From Spizellomyces punctatus DAOM BR117 (lineage: Eukaryota): DNA of 64,000 nt. The first letter of the stretch is position 1. Every line of letters starts with the position of its first letter. This document shows positions 11,386 through 26,500 of the stretch, in pieces. Location of the stretch: NCBI GenBank assembly GCA_000182565.2, contig KQ257470.1. One strand, written 5' to 3'. The notes below the pieces were generated by a model. That model was not told the DNA's origin. It did no database searches and saw nothing but the letters and a program-made list of their open reading frames with translations. A program made the translations under genes and the position numbers.

Positions 11386-13151
11386 CTAGGTACCTGATAA
11401 CTCCTCTGGTGGTTCCAGCCAAAATTGTTCGGTCCATATCTGACGCGACAATTGCAAAACAAACTCATCTGATAGCCCGTCGATCCCATTTACTAATAAG
11501 GATCTTAATCGCGTGCATCCACTCATTAGTTCCTCCAGTGAAGCTTGGGTGATTGGCTGGGGCACATCATCACCGCCGCAACCTGCAATATCCAGCTCCT
11601 GTAGTACCGGGCAATTTTTGGCAACCGCTTGGATGAAGCGATCGGAAACCACCTCGCACCCACACATTCCCAGTGTTTTAAGCCGCGCGCCGCGTCGCTC
11701 CACCAGCTCAATCAATGTGTCCTCCGATTCCAACCATAGATCGTTCATAAACAACGTGTGCAGATTCTTACAACTTCGAGCAACAACTTTTAGCGATCGA
11801 TCGGTACATCGTGAATAGCTGATGCCAAGGGCCTCGAGATTGGGACAGCTCAGGGCAAGTGCTGTTACTCCTTCATCGCCTATTCCAATGCAATTACGCA
11901 ATTTGACAAACCGCAGTTGAGGACAGGATTCTGCTAATGCCTTTATCGCAACGTCGGTGATTTCCAGGTTCTCTTCTAACACAATGGTCTCAAGCTGCGA
12001 ACATCGCCGTGCAATTCCGATGACAACATCGTCCAATACCCAAGTACGGCCAAGGTTCAAATGTCTCAGGTTGCTGCCTACCGAATTCATGACAGTGTGG
12101 TATATTGTGGCCGTCCGCTCATCCCGCTTCACTAAGCGATAGAAAGGTAAAGGATGTCAGTGAAGGATTCCACATATACTATAGATATGTCCAACTTCTG
12201 TAATCGTCAACATGTCAACATACTGTTATGCAAATCCAAGGCCTTCAGCTTTCCAAGTCCTGCAACAAAGTGCACGACATTCGACGGAGCCCAGTCCTCC
12301 TCTTTACCATATCTGCCAGTATGTGCGTTAGGATCCCCGCGGAGAGCAAAAGTATGTAGGTGTCTGCAACACTCGAACAGATAGTTTATTGTTCTGGCGG
12401 TGAACTGTCGAATGTCTAGCCGGAGAACTCTCAGCTCTGGAAAGCTGCGTGCAATCACATGAAGCATCGAAGTGGCGGCAGGTTCTCTTAAACGCAAGCG
12501 AAACAGATCCAGTCTGTAGACCTTGTTCCCTAAGGAGGTCCGCTTGTTGAGGGAGCTAAGCCGGGTACAGAAGACGAGCCGAAGGAGGACAGCCAGTGAT
12601 GGCAAATATGGATTTCTCCATAGTCGGGCCGAGGCGACACTGTACCAGTGTCGATTTACCAAGAGACAAGACAATAGAGTTGATTGCTTTCCTGCCCGTT
12701 CTTGTGCGGCGGTGGGGGAGTGATGTGGAGAGCGGGATGAATCAACGTAGCTGAAGATGGTCCTAATGAGTTCGGGGGGAAGGACAGCTGCTCGCGAGTT
12801 TGATTTGCGCCGTAGCGGGTGAGCCTTCTGGTCTGTATTAAGATGTGCTTTTTCAATCGCGGGGGTGACTGGTCGTCCCGCAGCTGGGGCCTCTGAGGGC
12901 CACAAGTCGTTGCACAGGTCTGCAGCACATAGAGCGGCAGACCATTCTCCATCACTTACTCTTCGTCCATCGCGAATCTGTTGCAAAACGTCCGACGATA
13001 GTTGAAGAGCCCACCGCACTGTGGTTCGCTCAAGGTCGCAGCTGTCAATTTTATCTGGAGGCAGAGCGGGTGAGCGAGGAGAATAGGATGGCGTGTAGTA
13101 ATTGGAATCTGTCGAGACAGAGTCCATTACTATTGGCGGCGAGTCACACAT
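11386..13151 (-). CDS. F-box and leucine-rich-repeat protein (FBXL/Grr1-like SCF adaptor)
   Basis: F-box LPPELIRTIFSYVD..LLSCLLVNRHWYSVASARLW and cysteine-containing LRRs (ITDVAIKALAESCPQLRFVKLRNC etc.). One intron at about 12132-12222. Start codon could be 13250. Confidence 0.88.
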
Positions 13152-14013
13152 GGGGGGAGCAGCTGGAAACCAAGGGTAAAAATAATGGAAATGATGCAAA
13201 CGCAAGCACAAACGACAGCAACACGATGCAAGACAAAAACCTACAGGCATGGGAGATTATCGATCACGTGACGACCCAATCGTTCCCAAATAAAATTACC
13301 GCGCAAATTTGCAGTTATCGCTTGGTAACACTGACGGAGACGAGGCTTTGGCTGCTCACGTAAAATTTCCCCATCCAGCAAATGGGCGAGAAATGGAGAG
13401 GACGAGTTATTGTTGACGACTGCCGGCTTTACGTCCACGGCCGAGTGTTACGGCGGCAATGCAGAAGGATGGGGTTGCGCCCCAAGGGTCTTGACTATTT
13501 GTGTTGACATGGAGCTGGTTCTTCCACGGGCAGCAATGCAAAAAAAGTGAATCTGCCGGTTTGGCGCATGATTCGTTTGAAGTTTGCAAGATTCCCTTTT
13601 AACATACGACCACGGCGTATCAAACAATATCCCGCAAACGATCTAAAGGATAGGAACTTTATGCCCCATCTTTGCCTGTCGCAACTTGGCTGACCTAACT
13701 GACGCAACCTTGTGAGTGCTACCCGCAACGAACCGTGGGTGCTTATGGGCGTGACCCTCAATTGGGGGGCGCATGGAAACAGCTCACATGAGATTTAGAA
13801 CCTAAGCATCGACCGATTTACTTGCATTGATTTTGTTCCATCTGGCATAGTTGTTACTTCTTCCATTGTCTGCTGACGTAATGATGTAAGCAATTGCTTA
13901 CGATTTGGCTTATGTCAGCACAATCATTCTGGTTGGCTGAAAAGTAATTTAATGCTTTAATGGGACTACTTGTAGTTCTTGGGCATTTTGAGATCTTTGA
14001 CCAGTTTTGTGCA

Positions 14014-17000
14014 ATGTTTGCAGGGAACACTGATGATGTGTTTGACCTCTTTGACGAGGATGAAGTAGCGGATACAGCAGTGGTCCCCGCCATCCCCACG
14101 AAACGTATACGCGAGAGTGATCAGACTGACCATCGGAAAAAGGATGACAAGTTCAGAGATCATCATGGGAAAAAGGCCAAAACTTCGACTGCAGGTACTC
14201 TGCGTTCCATAAACGCCGAGTATAGGCCCGTAGTAGCGGATGAAGTAGAGCAGCAAGTGGAACACGAGTTTGCTGTCTCTGGAGAAGGTCTCGCGGATAG
14301 TGGCAAAGGCGCACTTGACGGCACGTCAGCACCTGCAACGAACGGACCTACCGCAACCGCTTCGACAAAGGAAAACCATCTTGTCATTAGCCATCAAGTA
14401 CGACATCAAGTGGCTCTTCCGCCAAATTATCCATATGTTCCTATATCACAGCATGTACCACCTGCCGACCCTGCTCGGACTTATCCCTTCACATTGGACC
14501 CGTTCCAGCGGACTGCGATCTATAGCATCCAGCGAAATGAGTCGGTATTAGTCAGTGCTCATACCAGTGCTGGTAAAACTGTGGTTGCAGAGTACGCAAT
14601 TGCGCAGAGTTTGCGGAACAAGCAACGGGTTATATATACAAGTCCCATAAAGGTAGGCGTCCCACAGTTGAAATACCTGTTTTGGGCTAAGCGGTGAGCT
14701 AATTTTGATATGTTGTTCAGGCCTTGTCAAACCAAAAATACAGAGAACTGCTACAGGAGTTTGGGGACGTTGGGTTGATGACGGGAGATGTCACCATAAA
14801 TTCGGGTGCTGGGTGTCTCGTCATGACCACGGAGATTTTGCGCTCCATGCTGTACAGAGGAAGCGAGATCATTCGGGAGGTTGCATGGATCGTATTCGAT
14901 GAAGTGCATTACATGAGAGATAAAGGTAATTGTCGGCTATAACTTACCACAATCTCAGGCAGCATTCAGAACCTTGTTCCTAATCGCTTGTATCTATTTT
15001 AGCGCGTGGTGTCGTGTGGGAAGAGACTATCATCCTATTACCTGACAAGGTGCATTTTGTATTTCTTTCCGCCACCATCCCAAACGCCATGCAATTTGCA
15101 GAGTGGATTTGCAAGATCCACAGTCAACCATGTCATGTAGTGTATACCGACTTCCGTCCGACACCTCTGCAACATTATCTCTTTCCGGCAGGTGGAGACG
15201 GGATACATCTAGCTGTTGATGAGAAGAGTGTATTTAGAGAAGATAACTTTCAAAGAGCCATTGCCTCGCTTGGTGGCGATAAGGACGACAAGGGAAGCAA
15301 GGGCGCCAAAGGGAAGGGTGGAAAGCGTGACAAGAGTACTAAGGGTAAGCATCTTGTGTTCAATGTCCATCTGCTGCTCATGTCTGATTCCAAATCAAAT
15401 GTAGGCCCATCGGATCTGTACAAGATCATTAAGATGATCATGGTCAAGAATTACCATCCAGTAATTGTCTTCTCTTTCTCAAAGCGAGAATGTGAAGGAA
15501 ATGCACTGGTACTATCCAAGCTAGACTTTACTAGCTCCGAAGAGAAGGGCATGGTAGACACGATTTTTAAGAACGCGGTAGCTTCCCTGAGCGAGGATGA
15601 CCGTAGTCTACCTCAAATAGAACATCTATTGCCGCTGTTGAAGCGCGGTATCGGCATTCACCACTCTGGCCTTCTCCCCATCCTTAAAGAAGTGATCGAA
15701 ATCCTCTTCCAAGAGGGATTGTTGAAGGTATTGTTCGCCACCGAGACATTCTCTATCGGGCTCAACATGCCGGCAAAAACGGTGGTATTTACCGCTGTAC
15801 GAAAGTGGGACGGAAAAGAAACTCGATGGCTCGGCGGTGGTGAATATATTCAAATGAGTGGTCGTGCTGGGCGACGTGGGCTTGATGATCGTGGTATTGT
15901 TATTTTGATGATAGACGAAAAGATGGAACCCGCGGTGGCCAAAGGAATGCTCAAGGGAGTGGCGGATCCACTGAACTCTGCGTTTCATCTCACCTACTCG
16001 ATGATCATTAACCTAATGAGGATCGAAGGTATTAGTCCCGAGTACATATTGGAGAGAAGTTTCATTCAATTTCAGGCCAGCTCTAAAATACCCGAGCTTC
16101 AAAAAGGTAAGAGTCCTCATCCGTTTTCAGGAATCTTAACGCATAACCAACGTACATGAATTATGTAGAGATGCACGTGTATGAGAGAAGACTCGAAGAA
16201 CTCACGATCCCTAACGAGCAGCAAATTCAAGAGTACTACACGATCCGCACGCAACTAGACCAGTTCAACCGGGACATCCGTGATGTCCTCAATCACCCAC
16301 AACATTCCCTTCCCTTCTTACAATCAGGACGGTTGGTGCGAGTGCGAATGGACGCACCGGCGGATGCGGAAGAGAAGGAGTACGATTTCGGATGGGGAGT
16401 AATAATTACATTCCATAAAACAATACCAAGAGTCAAAGGGGACGACTTGACTGCTGCCCCCGAGGCACCAAAGATCGTTGTGGATATCGTTTTGCATTGC
16501 GCACCGGGCACAGAGGAAGGCTCAAAGAACCCGAAGCCGTGTCCAGCAAATGTGGAGAAGGGCGACATGGTTGTGATCCCATGTGCATTAAGTGCTGTTG
16601 ACGGACTTAGCACCGTGCGCGTGTTTGTGCCTAAGGATTTGAGGGCTGCGGAAAACAGATATCAGTTGCTCAAGACAATTCGTGAGGTCAACAAGCGATT
16701 TCCCGACGGGGTGCCACTGCTGGATCCGGTGGAGGATATGAAGATCACCGACGACGGCTTCAAGAAGCTAATCAAGAAGGTGGAACTGCTTGAGAAGCGC
16801 TTGTTCTCGAATCCACTTCACAGCTCCCCAGAGCTTCAGGAGGTTTTCGAATTGTATGAAACAAAGGTCAACCTCAACTCTAAAATCAAGAACATTAAAC
16901 GCCAAGTTCAAATGGCGGAAAGTATTGTGCAATTGGATGAGCTGAAATGCCGTCGTCGTGTGCTTCGGAGACTGGGCTATACAACTGCATCCGATGTAAT

Positions 17001-17656
17001 TGAGATGAAGGGTCGAGTTGCTTGCGAAATTTCGGCGGGCGATGAGCTGCTATTGACAGAGATGATCTTTAATGGCGCTTTCAACGATTTAACTGTAGAG
17101 CAGTGCGTATCGCTGCTGAGCTGTTTCTGCTTTGGTGAAAAGGTTTGTTGATTTTGATGAACAAGAATATACCGGCTGCATCTCAATATTCTCTTTCTGT
17201 AGGTGGAAAAAGTTCAAGCAAAAATGCGAGACGAATTAGCGGTACCGCTTCGTATTATGCAAGAGTCCGCGCGTCGCATCGCTCGCGTTTCTCAAGAATC
17301 CAAACTTGCCATTGACGAAGAGGAATATGTCCAAAGTTTCCGTCCGGAACTGATGGATGTTGTATATGCATGGTGCCAAGGCGCAAAGTTCAGTCAAATC
17401 TGTAAGATGACCGATGTATTTGAAGGAAGCATTATTCGATGTATGCGACGGTTAGAAGAACTGTTGAGAGAGATGGTGGCAGCTTCCAAAAGTATTGGAA
17501 ACACGGATTTGGAGAATAAATTTGCTGAAGGTGAGCCAATGTCTGATGAAAGGCGATTTCTTGCAAAAGGGGGCAATCTGGTTAATCCTGGTTTTTTGTT
17601 CAGGTATCAACAAAATCAAGAGAGATATAGTGTTCGCGGGTAGTTTATATCTGTAG
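14014..17656 (+). CDS. MTR4: Nuclear exosome/TRAMP RNA helicase Mtr4 (Ski2-like DExH)
   Basis: [55 protein letters not shown]/arch region and C-terminus [13 protein letters not shown]. Confidence 0.97.
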
Positions 17657-18070
17657 AGATGGAGGATGCATGTTTCTTGTTTATATTGTACATTAATGGG
17701 AGTAGTGAAACTACAGGGCATGAAATAATGGTGATGATGATTCTACGACAACATTTAGTCCCAAAAACCTCATCAACGCGATACTCAAACTTTGTACTCA
17801 GACTTATAGACTCTGGTTTCCCGTACGTCCATATACGCCGCGTTCAATGACCCAGACTCTTTACAGTTACTGCAGGCGATCCAACGAACCTTTTGGCTGA
17901 GAGAGGACAGCGGGAGAGCTTGTGTTGAGCGTTTATATCTCTTACTCATGGCAACAACTATATACCGGAGGCCAAACAGTTATTACCAAAGTGCACTTTA
18001 TTACTGGCCATGATCTGTTTTCTTATTTCTATGTGACTGCATACAAGATAAATGATATTAATGGTTCTGA

Positions 18071-19027
18071 TTAGTCAGTAGTCAATCCAGCGGCACCACC
18101 CGCATAGCCGTAGCCCTAATGGAGAACATGAGTCAATATATTGTCACGAGAAATTCTCGATAAAATAAACAAACCTTTGGTCCAAACTTTCGACCATGAC
18201 ACATCTTGCAATATATCACACCTTCTTTGTCCGCCATAGTTGTCGAATCCACCAATTTATTACAATCAGTGCATCGGAAGCATAGTTTGTGGTACTTGAC
18301 GCCCATGGGACCGACCATCTAGTTCCACGCGCAGGACGTTAAAACTATGTCATTGGCACACAAAAGGAAGGATGCGTTTACCTGCTCGGCAAAATACACC
18401 GGTTTTTGGCATTTAGGACAAACGTCCGCTCCTCCAAACTTGGGTTTCCCCACAAGCGGGGCCGAACCTGCTCCCGATCCCGGAGTTACAGTCCCGCTAC
18501 CCGTTCGCGCCAAGTTGGGATTCGACCCGCTTCCAGAGGTCATCAGATTGGACTGGGATCCAGAACGGGAGTTGCTTGGACTGGGGGAGGGGGAGAATCG
18601 TTGGGTATCCGTGATTGTTGAATCAGTGTTGAGAACGCCGGCTCCTCCGCCGAAACCGTATCCTTTAGTGTAGGTCAGCACCATCTTGTGTATTATGCTC
18701 TATTTGCTTGATCAGTAGCCTACCCTTTGGACCAAAAAGCTTTCCGTAGCAGGTCTTGCAGTAAGCCTCCTTCTCCCGCTCTGTCAGACTGGTAGAATCA
18801 AGGCGTTTGTTGCATTCCTTAAATGAAGAGTGGTAATGTCTTTAGGCATAGCAAGTTCATCCTAGTGGCATTTATAGCCCTTATTTACAATATTAAGTCT
18901 ATAGAATGCATACCTTGCAGGTTAAACATGACTTGTGCCACATCCCATTCGGACCTGTGACTTGTTCCGCCAAATACACTGCCTTGCCGCATCGAGGGCA
19001 GGAGGGTGCACCGCCAAATTGAGGCAT
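18071..19027 (-). CDS. Cysteine- and glycine-rich double-LIM protein (CSRP/CRP family)
   Basis: [30 protein letters not shown] and second [46 protein letters not shown], each followed by a GYG(F/Y)..G glycine-rich tail. Confidence 0.92.
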
Positions 19028-19313
19028 TCCGTGTAAAGTATCGCGTGTTTAGCTTTCAGTCGGTGGTCACCCAGAGTAGAATAGCTAAAACAAAGTAATT
19101 ATTATGTGGTTGTCTTCCGTTTACAAACTGCAAACACGTATAATGGAACCCGCAAGATGGATGAAAACTGTGGAGGTCGGAGATGTTACCTCAGCCGTCA
19201 TTTCCCCACACATGTTGCCATAGAAACAAACCATCGTGACTCATCCTAGCAAACCAGCAGTTGAATAGTTTTTGCCTTCGTCTAGCCAGTTGTTCTTCCT
19301 GGCTGCCACCGTC

Positions 19314-20069
19314 ATGCTGCCCTCAATAACCCGCCTATCGCAGGCACCCTGCAGGCTACTTCTTTCCGTGTCAAGAAGGTACCAGTCCTTCTCTCCCCGG
19401 CCATTCCGTGTTCCGATTCCACAGAGATCATTCCAGAGTGCGACACCACTATTGCATAAAGCGGTGGAAAAGCCGAAAACTGGGGAAGGGTACGCAAAGG
19501 GAGAGCACTAAATATCAATAATTAGCGCACACTCAAATGGTCTTGGATAGGTTGCAGGTGAACTACATTACACCAGACGGCGAAAAGGTTACAGTTTACG
19601 CCAAGGAGGGCGATAATTTATTGGATATTGCTCATGCGAACGATATCGATTTGGAGGGTATGCATAACAATTCAAGCTGGCATCGATGTGTTCATGTGCT
19701 TAACCGATTTGCATTAGGTGCATGTGAAGGATCACTGGCATGTTCAACTTGTACGTGGTTCTGACTGTTGCTAGAACCGTAATGTAGCATTGACACATAC
19801 ATAATGGAACGATAGGTCACGTCATTGTAGAGGACAAGTATTACGATCAGCTGGAAGAACCATCGGATGAGGAGAATGACATGTTGGATCTGGCCTTTGG
19901 GCTGACAGAAACGTAGGTAAATTTGATTATATCACAAAATGGTAAATGCCTAAAGGGTTACGCTAGGTCACGGTTGGGATGTCAGGTGATAATGTCAAAG
20001 GAATTGGATGGGATAACGGTACGGCTGCCTAGTGCGACACGAAACCTGCAGGTAGAGAAGTTGCGATGA
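19314..20069 (+). CDS. YAH1: Mitochondrial [2Fe-2S] ferredoxin (adrenodoxin/Yah1)
   Basis: Mitochondrial presequence-like N-terminus, then [42 protein letters not shown] and [19 protein letters not shown] across four introns. Confidence 0.93.
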
Positions 20070-20579
20070 TAGAACTCGAAGAGCTGGGCATCAAGTTGCG
20101 GTTTCCATGTGCGGTGGCCACCATGGAAAAGCCAGCGCCTTGCGTTGTCTAACTGTGGGCCATGCATCTGACACGGAAATCGATTCATGTATTATAGCTA
20201 GCATTTTGCACTTTGGCCTTGCCATTGGCACAGAAGGCTCCGAGATGCAGTAATAGACGATGAGGCCAGACAAAGTGAGCATACTCCTAATCCACAACTG
20301 ATGCTTTCCACCTGATTTTCTGCAATGCTCCAAACGAAATACGTGCATAAAAAAATGTATTTTGATAGCCTTATGAAAACTTGAAATATACCACCAGTAA
20401 AACGTAGAGAAGAATATAACAGAAGCAAGAACAGGAAAAAACATCAACAAAAAATAAAAATAAAAAAGAATACACACGCAAACAACAACCTCATCCCCGT
20501 CAGCATAATTCAAACAAAAAACCCCCAACAGATTAGTCAAAAATTCCATCACCAAAAAAAAAAAAAAAAAAAACGTGTC

Positions 20580-23500
20580 CTATGACTTTGATTCCCCTTC
20601 ATCTCCGGCTTTTGGAGTAACCACAACCCCCGCACCGCCCGCGACAGCGACGGCCCTCATCAATGCCCCTCGCCATGCCAATTCTCCATCCAAACTTGAC
20701 CCTACACCAGGACTGGGATAGTCGCTGGGTTCCACTCCGTCACGAACAGCTTTTACCACCGCAGATTCATCACCCGTATCATCTTCTTTGGGAGCCGACG
20801 TCGGTGCTGGTGGGTTAGACTTGGGGGGTAAGGGAGATTGGGCCATGCTCGTTGACATCACTACTGGTCCTACTGAGGATGCAGTTGACCGGGTAGTTGT
20901 GTTCTTGCCCACCCCTCCTTCGTTTGTCATGGCTACTTGCGTAGGGTCACTCGGATCACCTCCGATAACGGGCGGGAATTCATCCATCGGAGTGGTAGCT
21001 GTAGGCGGCGGCCCTGATGCATCCCCATTTTCCCCAGGATACGCCTTGGGAACCCCCATGACCCTTGTCGTAGCGGGGAAATAACTATCCGAGGTGGTAT
21101 TCGCACCACTAGTTGTACTGTCGCTCGCCGACGACCTGGATCCATCCGACAGTGTCACCGTGCTGTTCGTCCCCGTCCATGGCCCGCTCTCACTAGCTGG
21201 ACTCCTTGCAGAGTAGAACACGGGCGCATTTTGTGGCAGCTCGCCTAAACCTCCCAATCCACTACCCTTCCCTCTTGCATTTCCAGCTCCCAGATCTTCA
21301 CTCCCTTCGTACTGCCGATTCCCTTGGGCTAATGCCGCCCTCGCTCTCGCATTCTCCGCAGCCTCCTTGTAAGGATCCAACAACGCAGATGCGGCCTCCA
21401 GATTGTTCTCATCGACATCTTTTACCCAAGGATGCACTAAGAGCTCCTTGGCTGTTGGCCGCTCTTGTGCTGGACGAGTGAAGCATTGTCGGAGGAAGTC
21501 AATGCCTTCGGGGCTAAGTTGAGACGCATCTGGAAGAGGTGGAATCCGGTTGGACATTCCAATGTGATACATCACTGCCCACTCGTTATCGAGTCCACTC
21601 CAGGGTTTCCGGCCCGTGATCATTTCCAGCACACAGCAACCCATACTCCAGATATCCTGAGCTCCATGTCTTCCCAAGCTTTCACCCGTAATGACCTCAG
21701 GAGCAATGTAATGCGGAGTTCCAACAAGGGTGTTTGCTTCACCATTCACAACGACCGTCTTTTGCGCTTTGTAAATCTTTGAAGCTCCAAAATCCACAAA
21801 CTTTATGTGTCCTTCCTGTCCCAAGAGGGTGTTTGCCGGCTTTACGTCTCTGTAGACACCATATATCAGACACATTCAAAGCTACACGCAAAGCAAACCT
21901 GCGATACTAACCGATGAACGATGCCCTTTCCATGCAAATACTCCAAACCCCTTAACATCTGCTTGGCATAGACCTTTACAACCTGTTCATCCTCGAACCG
22001 TCCACCGTGTTCAAGCAAGCTTGCCACTGAATAGGGGCAATACTCCATGAAGATATATAGTTTATCTCGGTGGACTTCCACGCCATAATATTCAATGATA
22101 TTAGGATGGTGTAGAAGCTGGAGTACCGTCATCTCGTCTTTAATGGAACGTTGGAGAGATTCGAGGGATGTAACGTCTGAGAAGCGGATCTCTTTCACAG
22201 CCATCAGGTCGGCAGTTTCGAGATTGATAGCCATGTACACCTAAAGCATGTAAAATTGCTTAGATAGCGTTCAAATTCGTGCATCAACAACGCTCATCCA
22301 ATACTTACCGAACCAAAGCTCCCCCCACCCAAGAACTTCCCTTGTTGCCACCGCAAACTAATGCTGCTGCTTGTACTAGCCAAGAAACTGATATTCCGAT
22401 CCACCACGTTCCTCGAATCCAAAACTTTGCCTACAACACGACTACCTTGCTGACGAGCCATTCTTTCTTCCTCGAGTTTTTCAATTCTCGCCAGCCAGGC
22501 TTTCTGCTTCCGTTGAAGGAACGTGTCCCCATGATAAGCACCATGAGAAGATCGGGTATTATTAGATGACGCTGGTGCCGGTGCGGATGGCTCTGGTGAG
22601 CTCGCAGGTTTTGTATCGGACCGCGGGGCCTCTTTGCTTTGCATATCTTGTGCAGCAGGTTGAGGTGCTGATGGTAATCCGTCGGTGGGTTCATTGATCT
22701 TCGGTGGTACATCCACCTTCTCGGTCGTCTTTGCAGGCGCCGCCTCCCCATTCTCTTTGGATTCATTCTCGTTACCGGTTTTAGGTTCATCGTGGTCGCT
22801 GTCAGTGTCCGAAGCATTGCGTAGAGCGGAGATCTCCGGCCGTTGTCCCTGAACTGGCGCACTGGGATCTTCTCCGGTTTTGGCTCCCGGGGAAACAGAC
22901 GATGCGGGATCTGAGGGTACTGGCAACTGAAGTTTGCTTCTGTCAATTCCACCACCACCGGCTAAAACAGCGCCCAGCACGTCCTCCACGTTCAAGACAC
23001 CCGTTCCCCCTCCTTGCTCGAAACCTCGGATCAGTACCCTCATGCACCTGGCCACGCCCATTCGTAATTCCCCGAAATCCCCATCACTTAAGACGTAAAC
23101 TCGACCTCCACTAGTGGCAGTCATCGCAAACTCAAGGGCCATCAGACTCCATTTGAACGCCTTTTGCTGCATTGTAGGCGGACACGCTCCAACACAGCAA
23201 TCTGCCGCACAGAAATCAACCCACTCAACGGCAAGTCCCACCAACCGCTTCATCATCGTTCGGTGCTTTTTACCGTTGCCAATGTACTTTAATGAGCGCC
23301 AACCAAAGTCTGATGCAAAACTGAACATGTCCTCAACAAGATCTGCTGCACTTATCACGGCTTCGACATTTTGCCCTGGGGGTGCGAGTGTTGTAGGTGA
23401 CGATCCGCCATGCTGCCCACTAGCGATAATCCCGCCAATGACGCCTGGAGAACCACCTCCTGCAGTCACTCTGCTGAGGACCACTCTGACTTTTGCCACG

Positions 23501-26500
23501 CTTCCAATGATACCTTCGCTTAGCTCCACCAGCTTTGATTTCACCGCCTTCAATGCCTCATGGACAGACTCCACATGAGCACGGTGAGGTTTTACCACAG
23601 TAACATCACAGCTTATGGTTCCCTCGAAAATGGCCTTGCAGACCCCCAATCGTTCATTGTTGTCGGCAATCAGCCGCACACGTTCCGACTTCAGCTGTAT
23701 GGGTCCTGCTCCTTTGCCGAGGCGGACTTGCATCGAGCGGCCTTGCCAACTCATTCCCGCCGTTCGAAGACGATCCTTGGGGGCAAACAAAAGGATATAA
23801 CCATCTCCAATTGAATCCTGAAAATTGTCGTACTTGGCGAAAGTGGCCTTTAAGAGTTTTGCGACACATTCTGGTCGGTTGTTGAGGGACGGACTGGCGA
23901 AAATATAAACACCTTGATTCGCGTAGGTGTCGGTACGAACTAGGGCATGTCCGGTGGCTAACAGGTTTCGCATTAGAACAGGATAGGGATCCGACACAGT
24001 ATATTCTGCTGAGTTTTCAAACTCCTTAGTGAGTGTTCTAAAATGGCACGTGTTAATGTCATCCCTCGCTCGAAATGAGATGTAAAAATCCACGTACTTT
24101 TGAAATCGCAACAGCTTTCGTGCTCGGCTCCTTACGTTGTCCAGCATCCGCGCATACCATCTGACCATTCCGCTACTAGTCAGCTGAGCGTTTGTTGCTT
24201 CCCCATTCTGCCCATCTCCAACCCCTCTCAAAGCATTATCCAGGTAAATCAGTACTTTCCCCAAGAGTTCGGCCTCGAGTTCGCAGAACTGCACTGCGGT
24301 TTCCACATCTCCACCATCAATGTAGAAGCAGATCGCTGACATGAAATTCCACTCATTTTCCAATAGCTCAGCTTCCTTGAAGAAAACGGTGTCGGTGGAT
24401 GATTTTAGCCGCCAGTTCAAAAGGGTGAAGTAGTACTTCAAACTTTTGAGCAAGATCACGTCATAAGAAGGACTCAAGCTAACGAAGAATGATTATAAGT
24501 AATGTCTGCATGGAAAGACCAGATCGACGTAACACATACCTATTTGCGATACTCCATCCCTCCGCCTGGGTATCCAGCTCTTGACATTCATGCTTGATCC
24601 TGATCGCCAAGCTCAATGAAACACCAAAGTCCTCAATGATTTGGTCCAACATAACTCCACTGTGCGTGGCCAGCTTTTCGGTATACTCCAATCGCACTTT
24701 CAAGATCTCCTCCATCAAATTAGAAGGAAAACTCGCAAGTTGTTGCAGTTCGTTGATATATGTTGGCAGCTGCATCTTTTTAAAAGCAGAGGCGTTCTCG
24801 ATCATACTTGCTTTGCACTTGGCCAATAGACCGCGCAAAACGGACATGATTCGAATCTCGAGGAAAGTACGTTTGACGCCGCTTTCCTTCAGAATACGTT
24901 CAATAAAGGAAGTGTCGATACGCTTATCAGGAGACAAAGGGTGCTGCGAACGGGATGTCAGCAAATCTTCACTTCCGGTCCAGTTTTTGAGCACTTGAAG
25001 CTGCAATCTCAGTGAGTTGCTGATGGTGAGCCATGAATTTAACGCTTCCACTTTATGCTGGAAAGGTAACCCCGCGTACAGTGGTTTATCAAGAATTAGG
25101 GCCTTGCGGGTAGGATATAGAGATTCCATTTTGTCAACCCTGTTGAGGATCTCAACGACCTGATCGTACGGCGATTTTTCCGACGTCGCCTGGACTTCAA
25201 AACGTAGGACTTCATCGATAGTCGCCTCGGCATCCACCCGTCGTTCATCAATACGCTGACGCTCCTCTGGGACAGATCGTCCCCGCAAGTACGCCCGAAT
25301 TCCCAACCAGATTTGGTATTGCTGATCCAATTGCTGCTTCTGAGTTAGGGTACCGGTAATCCGTCGTTTTTCTGAGCGGATAACTTCGCCAGTCAGAACT
25401 GATGCCAGCATCGTCTGCCATTGTGCGCGTTCTTTGTTTCCCGGTAGAACAGATACATCTACCCCCCTTGTACCACTGTTCCGTCGCTGCAGTGGGGTAT
25501 TGTGCCGCTCAAGAATCGGTCTTGGTGAAATAGGAGGAGGTGTTTGATTACGGGACGGTGATCCGCCCTTGGTTAAACGGTCCCTTCGTCGCTCTTCAGG
25601 TCCCTTCCCACGCAGATTCACTTGCTCTCCGTTTCCTCTCTGCAGAGAGACATGAACACTGTCACCGTCATCTTCGCTGCTCCGGTTTGCCCGATCTCGA
25701 CTGACCACGTAATTTTCCTTATGAAAAGAATTATTTACGTGAGGGCGTTTGCGACTCGATGGCTTTGGGAGCTTCCGCGGCATCGCAAGCGAGCTTTTGG
25801 CAACGAGTTCGCTCCCTGAATCGCTCCCTGAGTTTGCGACGCCCTTCTTTCCATTCAGCAGAACATTTAGGAACTTGGGTTTATCTGCTTTGGGGGAAGA
25901 ATATATGTACACTCGGCCTTGCTTTGGGGTACCTGGAGCGTCACTACTGGAGGGACGTCGTTGCCGAGTCGGGCCTACGTCGAGTGTATCACCTGAAGAT
26001 TGCGGAGACCCAGGGTCAAATTTAATGTCAATTCTAGGGCCTGGTGATATTGCAGATCCACGCCGCGATGGTATAATAACTTCGTCTTCCTCACTACTCG
26101 ACGTTACAGGTCGCCGATTACCGTTCGGGTGATATGAGTGAAATCTCTTGATAGTGGGCCGCAGTGCCGTTCGGAGTTCGGGCCTGGCTTGCGGTTTCAT
26201 CGGCCGATCAACATTTTCTGTTCCTGCAGTAGGCTCGCTGGCGGACCGTCGCAAATTAGGCCGACCCTTGGTGATAATGAATTGGCCATCTTTATCAAGC
26301 CTGTGAAACAAATGAGCGCATATACATCACGGGTATATACCAAGACAATACCATAAGGTACATACCGAACAACTTCAAATGACTCGGGGTCCAGAACGTC
26401 TTTACTCAAAATGCACTGCCAAATATAAGTATCCGTGATGACAGGAATGCCACGCAATAGTGCTTCTTGAATCAACTCTGTAAGAGCCATATTTTCGTCG

